Assembly (NCBI GenBank): GCA_964633865.1
Contig: CAZWIJ010000005.1
Location: 6,453 to 70,452, forward strand
DNA from: an uncultured Candidatus Saccharibacteria bacterium
GTDB lineage: Bacteria; Patescibacteriota; Minisyncoccia; SW-4-49-11
Direction of reading: 5' to 3'
Length of the DNA: 64,000 nt
Below are positions 38,933-49,976 of this stretch, in pieces. The translations under genes and the position numbers were made by a program. How positions within the stretch are numbered: position 1 is the stretch's first letter; every line of letters begins with the position of its first letter. The notes beneath the pieces were generated by a model. That model ran no database searches. It was given only the letters and a program-made list of their open reading frames with translations, and had not been told where the DNA came from.

Positions 38933-40864
38933 ATGTATATATTGCAAGTCTTTCCTCTAAAAAAATTGCCTTTCAAACAGAGTAAACCTCTATCCTATTT
39001 TTATTCTACTAAAATTAATATTGGATGTCTTGTATCTATACCTATTAAAAATAAATTTCAATTAGGTATAGTTGTTGATTGTAAGCTAAATTATGAAATA
39101 AATAATACTAATCAAAATTTCAAAATTAAGTTTATTGAAGAAATTTTCTCCGAAATCCCATTATTAACAGTTAACCAGATAAAGTTAGCTATTTGGATAT
39201 CAAAAAAATATGCTTATTCAACTAGTGATATTCTAAAAAACTTTTTACCTAAAATAAATTCAAAGTTTAAAATATATCCAAAAATTTTAAATCAAGAGTT
39301 TTCTAATACTGTAGAAATAAATTCTAATAAATTTCAAGTAAAAACTTTTTTAGCAGATTATAAAGAAAGATTAATATATTATAAAAAAATCATCACATCT
39401 TCTCAAAATCAAATCATAATTTTTGTACCTGATCAAATAACACTAGATAGATTGACCTTAGATTTAAAAGAGTTCCAACCAACAAGTTTCAGTAATACTC
39501 TTTCTACAAAAAAATATAGAGAAATTTGGATGGGAATAAAATTGAATAAAATAAAATTGATTATCTGCACAAAAAATGGTTTATTCTTACCATTTAATAA
39601 TCCTGAAGCTTTTATTATAGAGAATGAACATTCCGAATCATATTATGAGAATTCGCCTAAACTTACTTATTCTAGCCAAGATATAATTACTAAATTAGCT
39701 TTGATTTATAATACAAACTTAATTTTAACTGGTAATTTTTATTCTATTAATACTTATAATCTATTATCCAAATCAAAAATCAGTATTCCTAAATTTTTTC
39801 ATCCAAATTGGGAAGACAAATCACTAGAAATTATAAGAATGTATAATGAATACAAACTAGGTTTAGATGGAATTATATCCAATCAAATTATTAATAATAT
39901 AAATATTGCATTAGAAAAAAATATTCCTATTATAATTTTTGTCAATAGAAAAGGTGAATCTACTTATATTTTTTGTGAAAAATGTGGATTTCATCTAAAA
40001 GATCCATATTCTAACACACTACTATCTACTCATAATACTGATCTTCTAGATAAAAAACCTAAAAATTATACTGACTCAAAAGTACTAGTTTCTCATAAAT
40101 CTAATCGTTGGTTCAAAATGATTTATAATTGTCCTAAATGTAATAATGAACTTACTTTTAGTGGTATGGGAATAGAAAAAATTCATAAAATTATTCAAGA
40201 AAAATATCCTTTACTAAAGACAGAAATTCTTAATAATGATTTTGCCAATGATCTTGATTCTCAAATACAAATTATTAAAAATTTAACCCAAAACAAGACG
40301 AAAATTATTTTTGCGACACAAATGTTCAAAAAGTTTTTACCAGACTTCAAAATAAAACCAATTATTATAATACCTTCATTTGAAGCATTATTTTCACTTC
40401 CACAATACAATACGATTGAAAAATCTACTCACTTTTTAATTGATTGTTTTATTTATAGTGAAAAAACTGTTATACAAACTTTCCAAGAACTAAAAGAAGA
40501 ACAAAAAACTCCTATTCTGGGGCTCTTAACAAATAAAAATTTTGATGCGATTTGGCAAGATGAAATTGATTTAAGAAAAACACTTGAATATCCTCCTTTT
40601 AGTGAAATGATTTTACTTTCGTCTTCTCATCATATAAGAGAAAAAGCTATAGAACAAGCTTTAAGAACCAAAAATGTACTTAGGAAATTAGGATTAAAAC
40701 CTATTGGACCAATTGAAAATTTTTCTAATATAGGGAAGGGGAAGTTTATTTTATCTTTGATAATAAAAGCTAATTCTAAAAATACAGATAAAATTAAACA
40801 ACAGCTATTGCCTGTATTAGAAATTAATCAATATATCAGTATAAACCCTTTACAGTTTATATAA
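38933..40864 (+). CDS. priA: PriA-like primosomal protein with degenerate helicase motifs
   Basis: N-terminal 3'-DNA-binding domain, IIENEHSESY, FVNRKGES...CEKCG...CPKC...GMGIEK, YPPF; no Walker A. Confidence 0.75.
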   Translation: MYILQVFPLKKLPFKQSKPLSYFYSTKINIGCLVSIPIKNKFQLGIVVDCKLNYEINNTNQNFKIKFIEEIFSEIPLLTVNQIKLAIWISKKYAYSTSDILKNFLPKINSKFKIYPKILNQEFSNTVEINSNKFQVKTFLADYKERLIYYKKIITSSQNQIIIFVPDQITLDRLTLDLKEFQPTSFSNTLSTKKYREIWMGIKLNKIKLIICTKNGLFLPFNNPEAFIIENEHSESYYENSPKLTYSSQDIITKLALIYNTNLILTGNFYSINTYNLLSKSKISIPKFFHPNWEDKSLEIIRMYNEYKLGLDGIISNQIINNINIALEKNIPIIIFVNRKGESTYIFCEKCGFHLKDPYSNTLLSTHNTDLLDKKPKNYTDSKVLVSHKSNRWFKMIYNCPKCNNELTFSGMGIEKIHKIIQEKYPLLKTEILNNDFANDLDSQIQIIKNLTQNKTKIIFATQMFKKFLPDFKIKPIIIIPSFEALFSLPQYNTIEKSTHFLIDCFIYSEKTVIQTFQELKEEQKTPILGLLTNKNFDAIWQDEIDLRKTLEYPPFSEMILLSSSHHIREKAIEQALRTKNVLRKLGLKPIGPIENFSNIGKGKFILSLIIKANSKNTDKIKQQLLPVLEINQYISINPLQFI

Positions 40865-40972
40865 ATATTAAATATAATCTATATATTTAACTCTAAACTT
40901 ATAATTTTTTATTTTGATTTAATTCAATTTTTTGATACAATGTATACAATATATATTTAAATAAGTATCATA

Positions 40973-43831
40973 ATGAAATATATCACCATAAAAGGAGCCC
41001 GTGTTCATAATCTGAAGAATATTGATGTAAAGATACCAAGAGACAAACTCGTTGTAATTACTGGACTTTCTGGTTCTGGAAAATCTTCTTTAGCTTTTGA
41101 TACTATTTATGCCGAAGGACAAAGACGATATGTAGAAAGCCTATCTGCTTATGCAAGGCAGTTTCTTGGAATGATGGACAAGCCTGATGTTGATAAAATT
41201 GAAGGATTATCCCCTGCAATTTCTATTGATCAAAAAAGTGTCTCCCGAAATCCTAGATCTACCGTTGGTACCGTTACAGAGATTTATGACTATCTTAGAC
41301 TACTTTATGCTAGAGTTGGAATACCATTTAATCCTGATACTGGAAAACCTATTCAGATGCAAGATGCAAAACAGATTGTGGAAAAAATAATGTCTTATAA
41401 AGATGATAAAGAAAATCAACTTATAATTTTGGCTCCTATCATAAAAGATAAAAAAGGTGAACACAAAGGGATTTTACAAAAAGCAATTCAAGATGGTTTT
41501 ATGAGAGTTAGATTAGATGGAATAATTTATCTTGCTGAGGAAACTTTAGATATCAAAATAGATAAACAAAAGAAACATAATATAGAATTAGTAGTAGATC
41601 GAATATTAGATGAGTCTAGTTTTAATTCCTCTCGTATTCTTGATTCAGTAGAAACTGCCCTACACTTTGGGCAAGGACAAGTTATTCTCGCTCGTATAAA
41701 AGACAGATTAAAAAATATTTTTATAGATGAATTATTTAGTCAAAGATATGTCCTAGATTCTGGTGAGAGTTTTGGGGATTTAGAAACCAGAAATTTTTCT
41801 TTTAATAGTCCTCATGGAGCTTGTAATACTTGTGATGGTCTTGGTTATACTCCCAAAATTTCAGCTGACTTAGTGATTCCCAATCCTAAATTAACTATAA
41901 AAGAAGGTGCTATAAGACCTTGGGTAAGTACAGGAAATAATAAAGCTATGTTTGGATGGTATATGAAGATTCTTGCTGTAATTGCCGAAGAATATAATTT
42001 TTCTTTAACAAAACCTATAAAAGATTTATCTCCTGAAATATTAGACTTAATTTTGTACGGACCTAAAGAAGAGATTAAAGTTTGGATTGAATCTAATGGG
42101 CACAAAATAAATGCTAACTTTGAAGGTGTAATTCCTAATCTGATGAGAAGATATCGAGAGACAGATTCAGATTTTGTGAGAACAGAAATAGAAAAATATA
42201 TGATAAACTCTATTTGCCCTTCTTGTAATGGTAAGAGGCTAAAAAAACAATTCCTATCCGTACAAGTAGCTAGAAAAACTATTGACGAGCTTGTCAATAT
42301 GAGTATCTTAGATTTAAATCTATTTGTAACCAAAGTTGCTAATAACCATGATTTTTTCAATGAAAGAGATCTAACTGTTAGCAAACCTATTTTTAAAGAA
42401 ATTCAAGCGAGATTAGAATTTTTACTGAATGTTGGACTTGATTACCTAACATTAGACAGATCTAGTAATACTCTTTCTGGAGGTGAAGCTCAAAGAATTA
42501 GATTGGCAACTCAGATTGGTTCTGGATTAGTGGGAGTTCTGTATATTCTTGATGAACCTTCAATTGGATTACATCAAAGAGATAATATGAGATTAATAAA
42601 AACTCTAAGACATCTACAAGAACTGGGAAATACTGTAATTGTAGTAGAGCATGACGAAGACACAATCAAAGAAGCTGATTATGTAATAGATTTCGGACCA
42701 GGGGCAGGACATGCAGGAGGGCAAATTGTAGCAGAAGGAATACCATCTGAATTTATGCAAAAAGATGGATTAACTGCAGAATACTTATCTGGGAGAAGAG
42801 AGATATTACCTCCAAAAAAATTAAGAAAAGGTAATGGTAAAAACTTAATTATCAAAGGAATTGCAGAGAATAATTTAAAAAATATAGATATTTCTATTCC
42901 TTTAGGTAAATTTGTATGTGTAACTGGGGTTTCTGGATCTGGAAAAAGTACTTGGGTAGAAGATATTCTACACAAACATATTGCTCATACAATGTACGGA
43001 GCCAAAGAATTGCCTGGCAAGTTCAAATCAATAAAAGGATTAGAACATATTGATAAATTAGTCAATATAGACCAATCTCCTATTGGAAGAACTCCTCGCT
43101 CTAATCCTGCTACATATACTGGATTATTCACAGTTGTAAGAGATATTTTTTCTAAAACCCCTGAAGCTCAACTAAAAGGGTATAAGTCTGGTAGATTTAG
43201 TTTTAATGTTAAAGGTGGTAGATGTGAAACCTGTAAAGGAGATGGTGTTCTAAAAATTGAAATGAACTTTTTACCTGATATTTATGTAGAATGTGAAGAC
43301 TGTCATGGGAAAAGATATAATAAAGAAGCTTTAGAGATAAAGTATAAAGGAAAAAGTATTGCAGATATATTAGATATGGATGTTGAGACAGCCTTGGAGT
43401 TTTTCAAAAATGTTCCATCATTAAAAGACAAGTTAAATACCCTTTTTGATGTTGGATTATCTTATATGAAATTGGGACAATCAGCAACACAATTATCAGG
43501 AGGAGAAGCACAAAGAATAAAATTAGCAACAGAATTATCCAAAAGAGCAACTGGAAAAACTTTATATATTCTAGATGAACCAACTACTGGCCTTCATTTT
43601 GAAGATGTCGCTAAATTATTAAGAGTTATTCATAAATTAGCCGACAAAGGTAATACACTACTTGTAATTGAGCACAATCTTGATGTCATTAAAAGTGCTG
43701 ATTATATAATAGATATGGGACCTGAAGGTGGAAATAAAGGTGGGGAAATAGTTGCAACTGGAACTCCAAAGGAGGTATCCAAAGTAAAAAGTAGTTATAC
43801 TGGACAATTTTTAGCTAAAATGTTGAAGTAA
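40973..43831 (+). CDS. uvrA: Excinuclease ABC subunit A
   Basis: [23 protein letters not shown], two LSGGEAQRI motifs, Zn fingers. Confidence 0.98.
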   Translation: MKYITIKGARVHNLKNIDVKIPRDKLVVITGLSGSGKSSLAFDTIYAEGQRRYVESLSAYARQFLGMMDKPDVDKIEGLSPAISIDQKSVSRNPRSTVGTVTEIYDYLRLLYARVGIPFNPDTGKPIQMQDAKQIVEKIMSYKDDKENQLIILAPIIKDKKGEHKGILQKAIQDGFMRVRLDGIIYLAEETLDIKIDKQKKHNIELVVDRILDESSFNSSRILDSVETALHFGQGQVILARIKDRLKNIFIDELFSQRYVLDSGESFGDLETRNFSFNSPHGACNTCDGLGYTPKISADLVIPNPKLTIKEGAIRPWVSTGNNKAMFGWYMKILAVIAEEYNFSLTKPIKDLSPEILDLILYGPKEEIKVWIESNGHKINANFEGVIPNLMRRYRETDSDFVRTEIEKYMINSICPSCNGKRLKKQFLSVQVARKTIDELVNMSILDLNLFVTKVANNHDFFNERDLTVSKPIFKEIQARLEFLLNVGLDYLTLDRSSNTLSGGEAQRIRLATQIGSGLVGVLYILDEPSIGLHQRDNMRLIKTLRHLQELGNTVIVVEHDEDTIKEADYVIDFGPGAGHAGGQIVAEGIPSEFMQKDGLTAEYLSGRREILPPKKLRKGNGKNLIIKGIAENNLKNIDISIPLGKFVCVTGVSGSGKSTWVEDILHKHIAHTMYGAKELPGKFKSIKGLEHIDKLVNIDQSPIGRTPRSNPATYTGLFTVVRDIFSKTPEAQLKGYKSGRFSFNVKGGRCETCKGDGVLKIEMNFLPDIYVECEDCHGKRYNKEALEIKYKGKSIADILDMDVETALEFFKNVPSLKDKLNTLFDVGLSYMKLGQSATQLSGGEAQRIKLATELSKRATGKTLYILDEPTTGLHFEDVAKLLRVIHKLADKGNTLLVIEHNLDVIKSADYIIDMGPEGGNKGGEIVATGTPKEVSKVKSSYTGQFLAKMLK

Positions 43832-45492
43832 TGATTTCTGAAATTGTTAAAAAATTAAAGTATAAGTCTATAATAATATTACTTATATCTACTATCTTAA
43901 TTTTTAACTCCAAAATTGGAATACAAAATTTAAACCCAACAAAAGTTGATTGGTTAATGCAAGGAGGTGATTGGCCACAGCATCAATTGGGTTTTGAATT
44001 TTATAGAAAACAAGCATTTACATTCCCTATTGGGGAAATACAAAACTTTTTATATCCAGTTACTACAAATATGGCTTTTACAGATAGTATTCCCTTATTA
44101 GCTATACCTTTTAAACTAATTAACTCTATTCTACCAGAAAATTTTCAATATTTTGGATTTTGGTTATTTTTTAATATATTTATGCAAGGATATATAGCAT
44201 ATCTAATATTTAGAAAATTAAATTTATCTAAAAAGGGAGCTTTGCTAGGAGGAATATTTTTACAATTAACCCCTGCTTTACTAGCAAGAATTAATCATCC
44301 TGCACTTACTGCTCATTGGTTAATTCTACTGGCAATTTATAATTATCTAAATTTCAAGCAAGACAAAAAATCTATTCTTTATAATATCTTACTAGTAATT
44401 TTAGTTAGTTTAATACATCCTTATCTTGTAGCTATGATACTTCCAATAATTTTAGTTACACTCCTAAAAACAAAGACTTTATTAAATAAACTTATTTTTG
44501 TTATTTTAGCATTAATTATACCCATATTTATTTGGTATATAATAGGTTATTTTGTTACATATTCCGTTGGAGATCCGACTAATTTAGGATTATTTAGTGC
44601 TAATATAAATACTTTCTGGAATCCACAATATGCACTAATGAATGATAATCTATATAATGCTTCCAATTTTTCACAAATACTCAATCAAAAGTATAAATCT
44701 CAATATGAAGGATTTGCTTATCTTGGATTAGGAATTATCACAGCTATAATATTATTATTTAGTAAATTAATATATTTAATACCAAAATATAAATATAATT
44801 TAAACCATATTAAAAATTGGCTTCAAAATAATTTCTTATTAATATTCGTAACTTTTTCAATAACAATTTATGCTATATTAGATTTAGATACAATTAACAA
44901 AATAAGACAATTTGAAAATTTTATAATCATAGAATATTTCCTGAAAGCATCTTCAATGTTAAGAGCAAATGGGAGATTTATCTGGGTATTAATGTATATT
45001 ATAATTATTTTCAGTGTTTATCTTCTACATAGACTGTATAAGAAACAATTCTTATACATAATTTTAGTTCTAATTACAATTCAGATTATAGATCTAAAAC
45101 CTCTTTTAAATCAAAAATTATTTCCAAATAATGAATCTTTTAGCTTAAATTCAGAACAGAATCTGTTTTGGAAGAGTGAGATTGAATCAGCGGAAGCTAT
45201 ATATTTTTATCCTGGAGGAAAAAGATCTTATAAATCAAATGATGATTATATTCCTTTTCTATATTGGGCTAGCAAAAATAATATTCCTATTAATGCTGGG
45301 TATTTATCTAGATATGACCTTGCAAAATCGATTAAATTCAATCTGGAATTGGAACAAAATTTATCTAATGGAATCCTAGAAAAAGATTCGTTATATATTA
45401 CTAATAAAGAAAATTCTAATTTCTTTTATGAAATAGCTAAAAAAACAAATAAGAAAGTGATTATTTATGATGGTTATTATTTTATAAAGTAA
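43831..45492 (+). CDS. Polytopic membrane protein, DUF6311-like (possible GT-C glycosyltransferase)
   Basis: GDWPQHQLG...FTDSIPLLAI...FQYFGFW...HWLIL...YEGFAYLGLG...RANGRFIW. Confidence 0.65.
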   Translation: MISEIVKKLKYKSIIILLISTILIFNSKIGIQNLNPTKVDWLMQGGDWPQHQLGFEFYRKQAFTFPIGEIQNFLYPVTTNMAFTDSIPLLAIPFKLINSILPENFQYFGFWLFFNIFMQGYIAYLIFRKLNLSKKGALLGGIFLQLTPALLARINHPALTAHWLILLAIYNYLNFKQDKKSILYNILLVILVSLIHPYLVAMILPIILVTLLKTKTLLNKLIFVILALIIPIFIWYIIGYFVTYSVGDPTNLGLFSANINTFWNPQYALMNDNLYNASNFSQILNQKYKSQYEGFAYLGLGIITAIILLFSKLIYLIPKYKYNLNHIKNWLQNNFLLIFVTFSITIYAILDLDTINKIRQFENFIIIEYFLKASSMLRANGRFIWVLMYIIIIFSVYLLHRLYKKQFLYIILVLITIQIIDLKPLLNQKLFPNNESFSLNSEQNLFWKSEIESAEAIYFYPGGKRSYKSNDDYIPFLYWASKNNIPINAGYLSRYDLAKSIKFNLELEQNLSNGILEKDSLYITNKENSNFFYEIAKKTNKKVIIYDGYYFIK

Positions 45493-45542
45493 ATATTAAA
45501 ATAAAATTTGACTATTTAAAATTTATATGATAGTATTTAGTT

Positions 45543-45636
45543 TAATAGTGTAGTTATGTTCATAATTATATCTATCTGCTCTCCAATACAATTTAATCTA
45601 CACTACAGACTTCTATTATTTAAATAGAAGTTTTTT
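45543..45636 (+). ncRNA. Candidate small RNA of unknown family
   Basis: Promoter TTGACT-17 bp-(TG)ATAGTAT at 45508-45536; stem TAGTGTAG/CTACACTA; terminator ACTTCTATT/AATAGAAGT plus T-run. Confidence 0.4.
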
Positions 45637-45715
45637 CTTTACTAACTAAAAGCGATAAATCTACTAGACAAATTATACTTTGTTTGCTAAAATAAATAAG
45701 TACATTTCAAGTAAA

Positions 45716-45788
45716 GCCGAAATAGCTCAGTTGGTAGAGCAATCGCTTTGTAAGCGATGGGTCGGGGGTTCAAGTCCTCTTTTCGGCT
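45716..45788 (+). tRNA. tRNA-Thr(TGT)
   Basis: GCCGAAA...ATCGC-TTTGTAA-GCGAT...GTTCAAGT...TTTCGGCT. Confidence 0.95.
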
Positions 45789-45825
45789 CAATTCACTTTA
45801 TATAATTATAATTTGAATAAATTAA

Positions 45826-45912
45826 GGGTAGATGGCGGAGCAGTCAATCGCATCGGTCTGTAAAACCGACGACATTTTGTCTACGTAGGTGCGAGTCCTA
45901 CTCTACCCACCA
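45826..45912 (+). tRNA. tRNA-Tyr(GTA) with non-canonical A18/G55
   Basis: GGGTAGA...TCGGT-CTGTAAA-ACCGA, long variable arm, T-loop TGCGAGT, ends TCTACCCACCA. Confidence 0.92.
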
Positions 45913-45915
45913 CAT

Positions 45916-45954
45916 AATAAAAAAGAGCATTCTATTTATATGCTCTTTTTTATT
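45916..45954. terminator. Bidirectional terminator
   Basis: AAAAAAGAGCAT...ATGCTCTTTTTT. Confidence 0.75.
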
Positions 45955-45977
45955 TATTAATGTAATAATATTAATAA

Positions 45978-47036
45978 TTAGAGACTTACATTAATTATAT
46001 ATACCAAATAAGCTAAGTATAATCCTATCAAGAATAATCCTGTCTTAGAACCAATTACCCATTTTCTGACTACTAATACAAAAACTATCACTATTATTGT
46101 CGCAAATAATAATATTATACTAGAAATTAAATTTTCTGTTTCAACTAATAATGGCTCGCCTCCATTCATACCAAATGCTATTAACCAAGGAAACCCCAAA
46201 CAGAATAATATATCAAAAATATTTGACCCAACAGCATTACTAACCGCCATATCACCTCTTCCTCTTTTTGCAACTATAATTGATGATAAAAGATCAGGAA
46301 TAGATGTTCCTCCAGCAAGTACAGTAAGAGCAATTATTGTAGAGTTAATATTTAATAAATCACCTATATGAACTGCTGATTCTACTAAAACATAGGATAG
46401 CCCTGCAATTGCTGTAATTGACATTATGAATGTAAACCAATATTGCTTAGGATATTTGACAGGATTTGGAATTATCAAATTTAATATATTAACTGTAATG
46501 TGATTAAACTTATTTTTGTCTTGACTGATCTCTTCTTCTAGAATTTCAATCGGATTATCATCAGTGTATTTAAGCCATTTTTTCCAATAAAAAACTATCA
46601 CAACATAAACCACATAAAGAATAACAAATAAAATTGCCTCTATTATAACTATCTTTCCATCCCAAAAGGATACTAATAATAAAATAATTGATAAAGCATA
46701 AAATATAAGGTCTCGAAGTACAGGTTGCCATGTTAATTTTGATCTTCTGTACATAACTGAAGCTCAAACTATAACCAAAATATTAAATATAGCTGATCCT
46801 ACTATAGTACCTGATCCTATATTTCCTTTATCTCCTGGTAATATTACAGCAAAAAAAGCTGTGAAAAATTCTGGAGCACTAGATCCAACTGCCATAAAAG
46901 TAGCTCCAACAACATCATCTGGTAATTTAAATTTATGTGCTATTCTATCCAATGCCGGTACAAAATAATCTTCGCAGATAATAGCTAAAAGATAGAATGA
47001 CAAAACTAAAATTAGTAAGTAAAATAAAACAAACAT
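45978..47036 (-). pseudogene. Ca2+/Na+ antiporter (YrbG/CaCA family) with one in-frame TGA at 46764-46766: pseudogene, base-call error or recoded gene
   Basis: ORFs 46764-47036 and 45978-46754 share a frame: ...NILVIV-TGA-ASVMYRR...; alpha repeats GSSAPE...GSAIFN and GTSIPD...GSNIFD. Confidence 0.8.
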
Positions 47037-47155
47037 ATTTATGAATTTAATTTATAAAATATTATAAGTAATTATACTTATAAATTTGTTTTATGTAAAG
47101 CTCTTGTTTTCATTGTATAAAATTAATTACCTTCAAAAAAAGTTAGGTAATAAAG

Positions 47156-47782
47156 CTAATTAAAGTTAAAGTATCTTAAAATTTCCAAAATAGCATATCC
47201 TCCTCCAGAAACTAAAATAGTGAAATATATTATACTTAATAAGTTAAAAAAATGACCTAATAATATAATTAATCCATCTTTTGCCATAATTCCTATACAA
47301 AAGCAAAGAATAGCCAAAGCTGGCAAAGTATTACTAAAAGGAATAAACCCAAAAGGAAACATAAGTAATAAAGTTCCTAAAAGAATTGAAATATAATTGA
47401 TAGTCTCAACAAGTTTATTATTAGTTAAAAATTCTAAGCGGTTAGTTTTAGCAATTTTTTCTAAGCGAATAAACCACTTCAACCCCATATTTAAACCTTT
47501 TTTTATTTGACTTGCAGAGAATTCTTTTTCACTTATTTTAGATGGAAGCCAAAGTTCTTTACTTAGAATTAAACTAATAGTTATAAGAATAATAGCACCG
47601 CCAAAGATAGTACTTAATCCTGGAATTGAAACAGGTATTAAAAATATGATTGTAAGTAAAGCTATTAATAAAAGTGTTCCATCCGCACTTAATTCTTGCT
47701 TGATTTCTAATATACTTATATCATCTTCTGGTAGCTTATCTATTAAATTTTTAAGTTTGCTTGATAGTGAGTTTTTAAGCAT
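47156..47782 (-). CDS. ExoD-family exopolysaccharide synthesis membrane protein
   Basis: LIPVSIPGLSTIFG, LWLP, IPFSNTLPA...KDG. Confidence 0.85.
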   Translation of the reverse strand: MLKNSLSSKLKNLIDKLPEDDISILEIKQELSADGTLLLIALLTIIFLIPVSIPGLSTIFGGAIILITISLILSKELWLPSKISEKEFSASQIKKGLNMGLKWFIRLEKIAKTNRLEFLTNNKLVETINYISILLGTLLLMFPFGFIPFSNTLPALAILCFCIGIMAKDGLIILLGHFFNLLSIIYFTILVSGGGYAILEILRYFNFN

Positions 47783-47797
47783 GAATGATATATATTA

Positions 47798-48640
47798 TTA
47801 TTTCTTTTCAATTGAAATTGATTTGTTATTTCTTAATCCTACTGCATTTTTAGAAGAAATAACACTTTTTCCTGTTTGTTTTTCTAAAGTTATTCTTGCT
47901 TGTTTTGCAACATTTCCACCTTCTTGTGCTACTTTTTTATTTGCATTAAGTCCTTTTGGCTTCTGTGATTTAGAAATTTCAGAAGTTGAAGCCTCTGCTA
48001 ACATATTCAAAACCAACTCAAGATTAGTCATATTATCTCTCAAATTTTGTTTTTTGAGACCTTTAAAAGTCTTATATTGTTTTACTGATTTATCTGCCCA
48101 AGCTTTTGTAATTTCATCTGTCAAAATTGCATATTCTAAACCTTCTTGCACTCCCCTTTCATTCCATTCATCCGTAAGCTCTTTTCTAACTTCAATACTT
48201 TTAAGCCTTTGATTTATCCAATCTTTGGAATACCCTTTTTTTAAATATGTTACCATCGCCCTTTCAAAAGCAAGTTCTGGATCTTCTGTTTCTTCAATTC
48301 TTTCATATCCAACTTTTGCAAGCCAAATTTTAAATGGCTCAGCTTTAGGAGATGGAACTGATTGGATAAGCCTCAAAATATTTTCAGTATCTAAAACATC
48401 AGTTGTATAAAATTTACCATCAGAGGATTTCATTTTCAGTTGTCCTACATTTTGGGACAACTGACTTCCTTCTTTTATTAACTTTGTTTTCAGAGCATTC
48501 CAATACTTTCTTGAGCGGGGGCTATCAGTGAGAATTGCAATAATATCTACAACCGAAAAATACCAAATTTCTTTTTCCTCGTCCCAATGACGACGAACTT
48601 CATTTTGGTTAAAAATAATTATTGATTCTTTTTTATTCAT
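47798..48640 (-). CDS. BRO-N domain protein (antirepressor-like)
   Basis: VRRHWD...WYFSVVDII..LT, RLIQSVPSPKAEPFKIWLA, NLRDNMTNLELV. Confidence 0.85.
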   Translation of the reverse strand: MNKKESIIIFNQNEVRRHWDEEKEIWYFSVVDIIAILTDSPRSRKYWNALKTKLIKEGSQLSQNVGQLKMKSSDGKFYTTDVLDTENILRLIQSVPSPKAEPFKIWLAKVGYERIEETEDPELAFERAMVTYLKKGYSKDWINQRLKSIEVRKELTDEWNERGVQEGLEYAILTDEITKAWADKSVKQYKTFKGLKKQNLRDNMTNLELVLNMLAEASTSEISKSQKPKGLNANKKVAQEGGNVAKQARITLEKQTGKSVISSKNAVGLRNNKSISIEKK

Positions 48641-48735
48641 AAATTTTCTGAAGACATTTAATCTAGCTTTTTATAACCTAGCTAAATTCTATCATCTAAA
48701 CAACTTTTTCGCAAACCTACTTAATACAAAAAATT

Positions 48736-49020
48736 CTACACTCCCAATAATGCTCTTAGCTCGTTAGATATTTCCCATTTTGGCTCAAATGTAACTTCTA
48801 TATTGACTTTTTCTGGGTTTAGAATACTTATTTCTTTAATTATCTCGTCTTTGATTCTTCCACCATATGGACATAAAGGTGTGGTATATGTCATCAGGAT
48901 ATCTACTATATTATCTGTAATTTTGATATCATAAATCAACCCGATTGTATAAATATCTATCCCTATTTCTGGGTCTAGTACCCTTTCACAAGCTTGTATT
49001 ATGTCTTCTTTTGTTATCAT
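48736..49020 (-). CDS. DUF59/SufT-like Fe-S cluster assembly protein
   Basis: VLDPEIGIDIYTIGLIYDI, MTYTTPLCP, FEPKW. Confidence 0.9.
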   Translation of the reverse strand: MITKEDIIQACERVLDPEIGIDIYTIGLIYDIKITDNIVDILMTYTTPLCPYGGRIKDEIIKEISILNPEKVNIEVTFEPKWEISNELRALLGV

Positions 49021-49040
49021 GGTTGTGGTATTAATAAATT

Positions 49041-49976
49041 TTATAATTGACGAGGTCTTGTTTTTTCTTCTTCATTTGAAATTAAAAATTGAGCTAAAAA
49101 ATCAAGTAGTAAAAAGGCTCTAATCATATTTGCATTAGTTAAACCTTTCATATCCTCACCATGCATTATTTTATGTCTGCTAAAATTATAACTTCCCTTT
49201 TTAGGTTTATTCCCTATATAGGTTGTTTGAAACAAAATTGAACTAACAATATTTAAAGCTATATTTGCTTGTATTTCATTTGAATTTTCAAGTAAATTAA
49301 ATACTTCCTTATGAATTTCAGATTGATTTTTATTTTTATATTTTTTATTTTTATCTTTTTTTGTAATAGTTATATCGTTATCTTTAGCAATATCTAAAAG
49401 TATACCATCAATTTGACTTATAATAACAGGCAAAACTAATCTTGGACTTGGTTTTTTTGTACTTCTAACATACATTACAACATCTTTAATTGATAATATT
49501 CTTTTCTCTAAAAATTTATTACCTTCCCATTTTTTATAAAAGTCTAGAATTTTCCAATCATCTGTTTGATAAAATTTATAAAACTCATTTTCAATAGTAC
49601 TTCTTTTGGGATTTTTTAAATAAGTAAAATAAATATGGTTTATTATTTCTATAGGTGTATCTGTACTTACAAAGTAGTGGTATTTACTAAATATTTTTAA
49701 AATATCTTCATCAAAAAACTTCTTCCATTCATTAATTCTTTTATAAGCATCTTGAAATAAAGATGAAACATGAGCAAAACTTATAGCAATATTATTTATT
49801 TGATTATTATAATTTGTAAAAATTTTTTGAATATCCTTAGAAAGAGTTGTAATCGGACTTGTAATTGATCTTAATTCAATCGTAAATTTTGAGAAAGGTT
49901 CTGTCGCTTTATTAACTACATCAGTAATATCTGTAGATTGTTGAGCTATTTTTTCTAATACTTCTTTATCTATCAT
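49041..49976 (-). CDS. Hypothetical protein with C-terminal HEPN-like RxxxxH motif
   Basis: NFSRHKIMHG near the C-terminus, preceded by LPVIISQIDGIL. Confidence 0.55.
   Translation of the reverse strand: MIDKEVLEKIAQQSTDITDVVNKATEPFSKFTIELRSITSPITTLSKDIQKIFTNYNNQINNIAISFAHVSSLFQDAYKRINEWKKFFDEDILKIFSKYHYFVSTDTPIEIINHIYFTYLKNPKRSTIENEFYKFYQTDDWKILDFYKKWEGNKFLEKRILSIKDVVMYVRSTKKPSPRLVLPVIISQIDGILLDIAKDNDITITKKDKNKKYKNKNQSEIHKEVFNLLENSNEIQANIALNIVSSILFQTTYIGNKPKKGSYNFSRHKIMHGEDMKGLTNANMIRAFLLLDFLAQFLISNEEEKTRPRQL

Noticed and set aside
45543-45636. SRP RNA, 6S RNA or tmRNA identity for the candidate sRNA
   Set aside because: No SRP helix-8 motif, too short for 6S, and no tRNA-like ends.
46764-46766. 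Selenocysteine codon
   Set aside because: The aligned residue is Gly rather than Cys, and I see no SECIS-like hairpin directly downstream.
47798-48640. Prophage suggested by the BRO-N gene and the tail-fibre-like protein
   Set aside because: No integrase, terminase, capsid or portal genes; the two genes are about 41 kb apart among host genes.
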